In this document: piece after piece, positions 28,270-34,917 of the stretch
How positions within the stretch are numbered: the first letter of the stretch is position 1
Layout of the letters: each line of letters starts with the position of its first letter
Source: Victivallales bacterium
GTDB taxonomy: Bacteria > Verrucomicrobiota > Lentisphaeria > Oligosphaerales > Oligosphaeraceae
Assembly: GCA_017535315.1 (NCBI GenBank)
Contig: JAFXUD010000030.1
Coordinates: 14,307 to 78,306, forward strand
Direction: 5' to 3'
DNA: 64,000 nt
Program-made: the position numbers and the translations under genes
Notes under the pieces: generated by a model
Databases searched by the model: none
Seen by the model: the letters and a program-made list of their open reading frames with translations, nothing else
Told to the model about the DNA's origin: nothing

Positions 28270-28596
28270 ATGAGAAAGTCAATTCGGAAATCGAATGAAC
28301 CGATGCCACGGCACAAGACTCTCGGGAAGTTTATCAAACGTAAAGTAGTTTTCACAGTCAAGGCCTCTGTCGGCTCGACAGTCTTTCTTGCTGGTTCCTT
28401 CAATGGTTGGAGCGAAAGCGCCAAGCAAATGACCGACAAGAACGGCGATGGCTGTTTTTCATGCATATGCTACCTGATGCCTGGACGTTACGAATACAAG
28501 TTTATCATCAACGGCATCTGGATCATGGATACGGAAAACCCGAATTTTGTCGCTAATGACAAGGATTCCATGAATAGTGTGTTGGTAGTTGAGTAG
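28270..28596 (+). CDS. Stand-alone CBM48 / AMPK-beta-like glycogen-binding domain protein
   Basis: 108 aa with a basic N-terminus followed by VVFTVKASVGSTVFLAGSFNGWSE...GRYEYKFIINGIWIMDTENP. Confidence 0.7.
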   Translation: MRKSIRKSNEPMPRHKTLGKFIKRKVVFTVKASVGSTVFLAGSFNGWSESAKQMTDKNGDGCFSCICYLMPGRYEYKFIINGIWIMDTENPNFVANDKDSMNSVLVVE

Positions 28597-28649
28597 TTAA
28601 TATCTTTCCTATCTTATTTCCCCTACGCTTTGCGGGGACTGTTTTTATC

Positions 28650-30200
28650 ATGACCGATTGTAAAAATAAGAAAAAACTGAAAGTTCTGATTGTTACCCCC
28701 GAAATCACCTATCTGCCTGCGGGCATGGGCAATATCGCAAACAAGCTATCCGCCAAGGCTGGCGGCATGGCGGATGTTTCTGCGTCGCTTGTAGCGGCTC
28801 TTTTCAGGCGTGGCGTCGATGTGCATGTGGCACTTCCCCATTACAGACGCATGTTCCATGTGGAAGTCGCTGATTTGCTTGATGCAAAGCTGGAACAATA
28901 CAACAGCAGTCTTCATTCAGAGGAAAATGGCGAGCAGAGAATACACCTCGCCGAAGACAGGACATTCTATTATCGCGATCATGTCTATTCGAATTATTCG
29001 GACGATGCACTTAATATGAGCCTTGTCTTCCAACGCGAGGTCATCAACAACATCATTCCAAGCATACAGCCCGACCTTATCCACTGCAACGATTGGATGA
29101 CTGGCCTGATTCCTGGATTTGCCAGGCGCGTTGGCATCAAATCCCTCTTTACCGTCCATAATATCCATACCCAGGAGACAACGCTGGAAACCATTGAAAA
29201 CCATGGGATTGACACAGCTTTATTCTGGCAGAACCTCTATTTTACACGTATGCCCTATAGTTATGAGGAATCCAGACGGAACAACCGTGTGGATCTCCTG
29301 ACCAGCGGTATTTTCGGAGCACATTTCATCAATACAGTCAGCCCGACATTCCTGCATGAAGTCGTCGATTATCGCCATAGCTTCATTCTGCCGCAGATTC
29401 AAAATGAAATGGCGAACAAGTTCAGGGCAGGGTGCGCAAAGGGCATCCTCAACGCCCCAGACCCAGACTATATGCCTTCCACGGACAATCTTATTGCCTT
29501 TACTTATGATTCCTCAAATCAATACGAACTGAAACGCAAGAACAAGGTGGAGTTCCAGAAGAGGGTTGGGCTACTTCAAAATCCTGACGCACCGCTTTTC
29601 TTCTGGCCGTCGCGCCTCGATCCCATTCAGAAAGGACCACAACTGCTGGCAGAAATCATGCGGGATCTCATCGGGGCATATTGGTCCAGGCAACTCCAGA
29701 TAGCCATTGTAGCCAATGGTCCATTCTTCGAGAATTTCGCCCAGATTGTCAACAACTACAACCTTGGTGGACGCGTCAGTGTCGTCCATTTTGACGAGAA
29801 ATTGTCGCATCAGGGATATGCCGCCTCTGATTTCATTCTAATGCCCTCATTGTTCGAACCTTGTGGACTTCCACAGATGATTGGTCCCATCTATGGCAGC
29901 TTGCCTATCGTTTTCGATACAGGCGGATTGCATGACACCATCACCCACTTGGACATCGGACGAAACCGCGGCAATGGCTTTGTTTTCGAGAATCATGACG
30001 CCACTGGGCTTAGATGGGCCATCGACCAGGCCATGATTTTCAACTCCTTGATTCTTACAGAACGGAACAAGCAGATTGTCCGTATCATGAATGACGCCGT
30101 TTCGACCTTCAATAACGACAATACGGCTGACCAGTACATGAAACTCTATGAACAGATGCTGAAACGCCCATTGGTTGACAACACGGATCTCAAGGACTAA
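28650..30200 (+). CDS. glgA: GT5 glycogen/starch synthase
   Basis: 516 aa. Contains KVLIVTPEI...KAGGMADVSASL (a K-x-GG-type motif), ALPHY and C-terminal SLFEPCGLPQMIG...GGLHDT. Confidence 0.8.
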   Translation: MTDCKNKKKLKVLIVTPEITYLPAGMGNIANKLSAKAGGMADVSASLVAALFRRGVDVHVALPHYRRMFHVEVADLLDAKLEQYNSSLHSEENGEQRIHLAEDRTFYYRDHVYSNYSDDALNMSLVFQREVINNIIPSIQPDLIHCNDWMTGLIPGFARRVGIKSLFTVHNIHTQETTLETIENHGIDTALFWQNLYFTRMPYSYEESRRNNRVDLLTSGIFGAHFINTVSPTFLHEVVDYRHSFILPQIQNEMANKFRAGCAKGILNAPDPDYMPSTDNLIAFTYDSSNQYELKRKNKVEFQKRVGLLQNPDAPLFFWPSRLDPIQKGPQLLAEIMRDLIGAYWSRQLQIAIVANGPFFENFAQIVNNYNLGGRVSVVHFDEKLSHQGYAASDFILMPSLFEPCGLPQMIGPIYGSLPIVFDTGGLHDTITHLDIGRNRGNGFVFENHDATGLRWAIDQAMIFNSLILTERNKQIVRIMNDAVSTFNNDNTADQYMKLYEQMLKRPLVDNTDLKD

Positions 30201-30220
30201 GTTTTTTTGATTGTTTTCCA

Positions 30221-30562
30221 ATGGAACCTCCTGTTCAAGATAAGGTTTTGATTCTTAGAGAACTGATAATCAGGCTGGCCTCCTATTACGACATTACTGA
30301 TAAAGAGGCTAGCAAACTGGTTATGGACGTTATTCACTCTCTGGAAGCCCAAGCACTTGTTCTTCAAAAACTTAGCAATTCACCTGATGACCCGAATTTT
30401 AAGTATGCCTTGGCTTCCATTATGACGGTTGTTTCCCGCCTTCATGCTTCTTACCTTGAACAATGCCTGAAAAACCTGACGCACCTCAACGGACTCTCCG
30501 ATTCCATCAGAAAGCACAATATCAAGCAGTTCATCGCTTTTCTAAATTCCTTACATATGTAA
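30221..30562 (+). CDS. Hypothetical small helical protein
   Basis: 113-aa ORF starting 21 nt after glgA. Local GC is lower (23/60 in 30241-30300). I recognise no family. Confidence 0.45.
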   Translation: MEPPVQDKVLILRELIIRLASYYDITDKEASKLVMDVIHSLEAQALVLQKLSNSPDDPNFKYALASIMTVVSRLHASYLEQCLKNLTHLNGLSDSIRKHNIKQFIAFLNSLHM

Positions 30563-30589
30563 AGGCCTTGCAGTCTCGTGGCTCTTTAT

Positions 30590-30643
30590 TCTAGACAATC
30601 TAGACAATCTAGACTATCTAGACTATCTAGACTATCTAGATAG
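30590..30643. repeat. 6 x 9-bp tandem repeat (TCTAGACwA)
   Basis: tctagacaa x2, tctagacta x3 and tctagatag, plus a trailing cctag. The array ends 19 nt before the ATG at 30662. Confidence 0.9.
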
Positions 30644-30661
30644 ACAGCCTAGAACATCCTC

Positions 30662-31135
30662 ATGAACAAGCACAATGCAATAATAAGACATCCTTATCGA
30701 GTGCTGTCCGTGTTATTGGCTTTCTTGCTTTTGACCTTATCAATTGGTGCATATTTCAGCTTTAAGCGATCCCTTAATAATGTCATAGCCTGGGAAGACC
30801 TTCTGGTGGTCATTATGAGGGTAGGGGATTATCTGCATTCCAATCCAGCCATTGAATTAAGCAGTGACATTGCATTTCCAACCGATGTATCCCAATATGG
30901 CATTGCTGTGCTACCAAAATGGCCAAGAAATCACACTAAAGACGGGTTTCTTCTGGATATATGGGGTTCCCCGATACAATTCTATGCTGTACGCATCAAT
31001 GACAAGGTTTATATTAAGGGGATTTCCGCTGGCCCAGACCACCGTTTTCATACGCAAGATGACATCATCAATTCAGAATATGATGATACAGGAAACATCT
31101 TCCATCCGCGTAATCGCTTGAAAGGAAAAGAATAA
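30662..31135 (+). CDS. Membrane-anchored protein with a GspG/pseudopilin-like C-terminal domain and no prepilin cleavage/methylation motif
   Basis: 157 aa with TM helix VLSVLLAFLLLTLSIGAYF. It then has LDIWGSPIQFY...GISAGPDHRFHTQDDI, resembling the T2SS GspG signature (D-x-WG-x-P-Y...S-x-GPDG...DDI). Confidence 0.5.
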   Translation: MNKHNAIIRHPYRVLSVLLAFLLLTLSIGAYFSFKRSLNNVIAWEDLLVVIMRVGDYLHSNPAIELSSDIAFPTDVSQYGIAVLPKWPRNHTKDGFLLDIWGSPIQFYAVRINDKVYIKGISAGPDHRFHTQDDIINSEYDDTGNIFHPRNRLKGKE

Positions 31136-31148
31136 AGTGACATGTTTG

Positions 31149-31230
31149 CAGACTTACCCTAGCAGACTTACCCTAGCAGACTTACCCCCTAGATGACTTA
31201 GAAGACCTAGAAGACTTACCCTAGAAGACC
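31149..31230. repeat. Degenerate 14-bp tandem repeat (CAGACTTACCCTAG), ~5 units
   Basis: cagacttaccctag x2, then cagacttaccccctag, atgacttagaagacctag and aagacttaccctag. It ends in the inverted repeat taccctag...ttagggta. Confidence 0.85.
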
Positions 31231-31235
31231 AATTT

Positions 31236-31765
31236 TAGGGTAGGGAAGCACATTTTTGAGGTATGCTTTTTGAATCTAGCATATCCATCCTTTTATATCA
31301 AATCTTTCATTTTATTTCATACGTTTATCACTGTTTTTGAGGTCTCTTCATCATGTTTTTACCACAATAATGCTAGCTCATAACTAGTCGTATTTTTATC
31401 CAAACATAAATGCGGCTTTTATTATCAAAGTTATTAACAAGCTCCGAGAATAAATACATAACTAATTGTAATTAAATTGATTATTTATAATAATCACCTC
31501 ATTTTCTCAAACTTTACGTTAAACATAATCTACATTATGCGACGTTATAATGCCTTTAAAAGGTCTTCAGTCGATTTTCAGCGATTTTAGGGTCAAAAAA
31601 CTCAAAAATCCAAATTTAGCCTAAATTTAACCATTTTTATAAAAATCAAAAAAAGAATTGAATTTTTGATGAAATATGTTGTATTTTTCAAATAGGCGGA
31701 TATATTAAAATTAACGATTTTAAAGAATCGACAAGACAATTAAACCAAAGAACATTCTAGGCACA
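31236..31765. other. ~530-bp AT-rich non-coding tract
   Basis: No ORF of 60 aa or more on either strand. A spot count gives 14 G+C in 60 nt (31441-31500), against 35/60 in glgA (29581-29640). It contains short inverted repeats (atcaaaaa...tttttgat) and repeated cgatttt motifs. Confidence 0.8.
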
Positions 31766-32260
31766 ATGAATCAAAGAGGCATTAAAAAAGGCGGTGACAA
31801 GGACACGGGGATGCGTGGCTACTGCAAAAACTGTGATGCCAGCGTGATTTTGGTCGAGAGGAAGCGCATAGAGGATTTCAGGACTGTTGGAACGGAATGG
31901 CTCTGCCCTTTCTGCGGGAAGGCAGTGGAGGCAGACAATCATTCGCCATTGGACAATCCTGGTGGCTCGTCAACCAAGGGGATTTCAAAGGGATTGGGAG
32001 CCTTGTTCGGAGAGGATGCGCAAGAGGACCATGCGGAGAGGAAAGTTGGGCTAAACAGCCTGTTCGGTGGGGAGAGTGAACAGGTCAGTAACGCGGAGGA
32101 CAGGAGGTCTCCGTTCTTGACTGATGCCTCTGAGATTCATTGCTGCCGTGAATGTTTTTATTGTACATTTAACCTATTTCATTGCCATTGTTGCTATTAC
32201 AACAAAGAAGTCGAGCCTTCAAACGACTGTCCGAGATTCAAGGAAAGAGGGGAAAAATGA
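31766..32260 (+). CDS. Hypothetical zinc-ribbon protein with a Cys/His-rich C-terminus
   Basis: 164 aa. It has CKNC-x26-CPFC near the N-terminus and two GLxxLFG repeats. The C-terminus is HCCRECFYCTFNLFHCHCCYYNKEVEPSNDCPRF, with 9 Cys in ~35 aa. Confidence 0.45.
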   Translation: MNQRGIKKGGDKDTGMRGYCKNCDASVILVERKRIEDFRTVGTEWLCPFCGKAVEADNHSPLDNPGGSSTKGISKGLGALFGEDAQEDHAERKVGLNSLFGGESEQVSNAEDRRSPFLTDASEIHCCRECFYCTFNLFHCHCCYYNKEVEPSNDCPRFKERGEK

Positions 32261-32264
32261 TTTC

Positions 32265-32378
32265 TAAAGGGACGTGAGGGACAGGAGAGACTTGAGCGAC
32301 GCAAGGGGCTTGGCTTGGCAAGAGAGTGACATTATAAAGGGACATGAGGGACAGGAGGGACGTGAGCGACGCAAGGGG
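32265..32378. repeat. Two 44-bp direct repeats (41/44 identical) with a 70-bp period, each internally 9-bp phased on GAC
   Basis: The first copy (32265-32308) is taaagggac gtgagggac aggagagac ttgagcgac gcaagggg. The second copy (32335-32378) has 3 substitutions. Confidence 0.9.
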
Positions 32379-32549
32379 TATGAAACAGTGTCTAACCTTA
32401 TGGAAAACAAAGCATTGTAGCTAGGATACCTACTCATCTCAAGATGAAAACTGCTGTCTGATTCCGTGCAAAAACAAACTCGAAGTTATCCTCTCGGGGA
32501 GATGCAAGATTCACTCCAGTAATGGCTTCAATGATCATTTCCCTTTCTG

Positions 32550-32783
32550 GAAAAGGTGAATTGTCTGCTTCCCCCTGAGTTTCTGGCAACAATAGCAGGA
32601 TGCGCCTTGCCGCTTCGCTGCGCTACGTGGCAAGGTGAACGAGGACTGGGGTGAGCATATGACCGTGGGGTTTGCTTCGCCGCTGTCGCGGCTTCGCTCC
32701 CCCCAGGGCTATGTTCTTGGCGCCGCTTACGAGGCTCTTCTCTGTTGGTAAAGTCCAATAGACAATTAAAGTATATAATTCCC
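32550..32783 (-). mobile_element. Decayed copy of the MITE at 47756-47995 (inverted orientation; one TIR intact, the other not recognisable)
   Basis: About 170 nt of clear homology to the reverse complement of 47790-47960 (atgcgccttgccgcttcgctgcgctacg...ggctcttctctgt). The right TIR aattaaagtatataattccc lies at 32764-32783. The left boundary is approximate. Confidence 0.7.
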
Positions 32784-32860
32784 AAATAAAAGAACTCAAA
32801 ATGGTAAGGCATTTCCTGCTGCGTGAATAATGCGTATAACGCATATTGTACTACCCTGCC

Positions 32861-34753
32861 CTAGTCAGACGAGCCATCGTCATTAACCCCTCGCCTGTTG
32901 TCAAACGACTTCAGAATCTTCTCCGCAATGGCTTCTGGCGTAAATGAAAAGCGTTCGCGCAACTGCTTAACGTTCCCCCAGGGAATATCCTCGCTTTCCC
33001 AGGCGAAAACCTGCATGAATTGAGCTGCTTCTGGCAGCTCATCGCGGACGATGGAGGCAAAGCCACCTGTGGCAAGGTGGTTTTCAATGATGACGATTCT
33101 CATTCCATCCTGTATTTGACGTTGCATCAATTCTTTATCAAATGGAAAGACAAAGCGGGCATTGACAATTGTTGGTTCCAACTTCCTCTTTTTCAAAAGA
33201 TTGGATACATTCAACGCCGTTTCGAGTTCTCGCCCGACAGCCCAAATGGCGATGAGGGAAGAACCTTCTTCGACCACCTCCGCCCTGCCCTGTGTAAGCT
33301 CTGCATGACTTTCAAGCAAGTTTGAGGCATTTCCAGAAGGATAGCGCAGAATGGCTGGCATTCCGCTGGCCAAAGCAAAGGAAAGCATCATGGCAACCTC
33401 ATTAGCATCGGATGGCTGCATGATGGTAACTCCAGGCATTGTTCTCCAGAAGGCAATGTCCATGATACCATGGTGGGTTGGTCCATCGGCCACCACGCCT
33501 GCCCTGTCCAGGCACATCACCACGGGCAGTTTCTGAAGCCATGCATCTGTGAAGAAGAAATCAAACGCTCGTTGCGAAAAACTGGCATAGAGGGCAAAGA
33601 CAGGCTTGAATCCCGCCGTGGCCAGACCTGCCGCAAAAGAGGTGCCGCACTCTTCTGCAATTCCAACATCAACAAAGGATTCAGGATACTTCTGTGAAAA
33701 GGGCTTCAAACCCGTTCCATCTGGCATCCCCGCTGTGATGGCGACAATGGAAGAATCCTTTTCACGAGCATTCAGAATAGCTTCTCCAAAGGCCTTTGAA
33801 AAGGTGATGGAACTTGTTTTATTCAAAGACATTCCATCCTTTAAATCAAAAGGCTGAACACCATGGAAGGCTGACGGTGATGCCTCCGCAGGCGCATAGC
33901 CGTTGCCTTTTTGCGTTAAAACGTGCAACACCACAGGCACATCCAGATGCTTGATACGCTCCAGCATCGGAATGAGTTCTTCCAGATTGTGCCCATTTAC
34001 GGGACCAATGTATTTCAGCCCTAGATCCCCGAACATGTTGCGATGTATGAAAAAGGATTTCAGTGCATATTCCAACTTGTTGGCTATGCGCTGCAGGCTG
34101 CTGCCGACAAACGGGATGTTTTTTACTAAGGTCGATAAAATACGCTTTGTAGTATTATAGCGTCGGCCAGAGATAATCCTGTTCAGGAAACGAGAAATTG
34201 CGCCGACATTCGGCGCAATGGACATCTTGTTGTCATTCAGTAGCAACAGAAAACGTTTGGTGGTCACGGCGATGTTGTTCAACCCCTCCAGCGAGCAGCC
34301 GCTTCCCAAGGCACCGTCTCCAACCAGTGCAATGACATTTTCCCCTGAATGGCGCCTATCTCTTGCAAAGGCATACCCCAAAGCCGCCGAAATGGCCGTT
34401 CCCGAATGTCCAACGCCAAAGGCGTCAAATTCGCTCTCTGAACGAAGCGGAAATCCGCAGCACCCATCCGTCGCGCGCAGCTTTTGAAAGGCCTGTAGCC
34501 GACCGCTCAGTATCTTGTGAACATAGCATTGATGCCCCGTGTCGAAGAAAAGCCTGTCTTTAGAAAGATCGAAGACTACATGCAAGGCAAGAACCAGTTC
34601 CAGCACGCCAAGATTGGAGGCCAGGTGCCCTCCCTGGCGTGAAACCGTCGTCAATAGTTCTTGGCGCAATTCCTCTGCCAGCTGCTTCAGTTTGTCAATG
34701 GAGAGTGACGAGAGTTGAACTCCCTTGTATGTTTTTTCCAGTATTGTAGGCAT
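32861..34753 (-). CDS. dxs: 1-deoxy-D-xylulose-5-phosphate synthase
   Basis: Contains GGHLASNLGVLELVLALHVVF...DTGHQCYVHKILSGR...GDGALGSG. I prefer the ATG at 34753; the track starts at the TTG at 34762. Confidence 0.92.
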   Translation of the reverse strand: MPTILEKTYKGVQLSSLSIDKLKQLAEELRQELLTTVSRQGGHLASNLGVLELVLALHVVFDLSKDRLFFDTGHQCYVHKILSGRLQAFQKLRATDGCCGFPLRSESEFDAFGVGHSGTAISAALGYAFARDRRHSGENVIALVGDGALGSGCSLEGLNNIAVTTKRFLLLLNDNKMSIAPNVGAISRFLNRIISGRRYNTTKRILSTLVKNIPFVGSSLQRIANKLEYALKSFFIHRNMFGDLGLKYIGPVNGHNLEELIPMLERIKHLDVPVVLHVLTQKGNGYAPAEASPSAFHGVQPFDLKDGMSLNKTSSITFSKAFGEAILNAREKDSSIVAITAGMPDGTGLKPFSQKYPESFVDVGIAEECGTSFAAGLATAGFKPVFALYASFSQRAFDFFFTDAWLQKLPVVMCLDRAGVVADGPTHHGIMDIAFWRTMPGVTIMQPSDANEVAMMLSFALASGMPAILRYPSGNASNLLESHAELTQGRAEVVEEGSSLIAIWAVGRELETALNVSNLLKKRKLEPTIVNARFVFPFDKELMQRQIQDGMRIVIIENHLATGGFASIVRDELPEAAQFMQVFAWESEDIPWGNVKQLRERFSFTPEAIAEKILKSFDNRRGVNDDGSSD

Positions 34754-34829
34754 ATAAAACAAGGCGAGGATTTCTGCCGCTCCTACAGGGATAGGCTCTA
34801 CACTACTTCCCCTCTAGAGGAACAGAACG

Positions 34830-34872
34830 AAAAACAAATAAGGCCATTTGCAGCAGCAATGCCGCAAATGGC
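34830..34872 (-). terminator. Hairpin terminator downstream of nagA
   Basis: 9-bp stem (gccatttgc at 34843-34851, gcaaatggc at 34864-34872). On the minus strand it is followed by CTTATTTGTTTTT, and on the plus strand by TTTTT. A second hairpin (gcagccga...tcggctgc) lies nearer the stop. Confidence 0.55.
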
Positions 34873-34917
34873 TTTTTAGCAGCCGACTTAAAGTTACTCG
34901 GCTGCAATCGAATCTTT

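Noticed and set aside
28618-28649. Possible attenuator or terminator hairpin (cccctacgctttgcgggg followed by actgttttta) between the CBM48 gene and glgA.
   Set aside because: The stem is short and bulged (4+2 bp), and it abuts the glgA start codon. I cannot distinguish it from chance, so it is not listed as a feature.
30590-30643. Whether the tandem arrays (also 7880-7915, 31149-31230 and 32265-32378) are CRISPR arrays.
   Set aside because: The units are 9-14 bp and contiguous, with no unique spacers. The 44-bp repeats occur only twice, separated by a 26-bp gap. No cas genes are in the window.
31236-31765. Replication origin (an AT-rich tract with the DnaA-box-like ttatccaaa; also a perfect tgtggataa near 6076-6084 in the other AT-rich tract).
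   Set aside because: Each tract has only a single near-consensus or consensus box, which is expected by chance in AT-rich DNA. There is no cluster of boxes, no dnaA, dnaN or mnmG nearby, and no gene-orientation switch centred there.
30201-32260. Integron-like gene cassette array (three small same-strand ORFs, each followed by repeats).
   Set aside because: I could find no attC-like imperfect palindromes with the R''/R' (RYYYAAC/GTTRRRY) cores. There is no intI gene and no attI. The inter-ORF repeats are tandem direct repeats, not attC structures.
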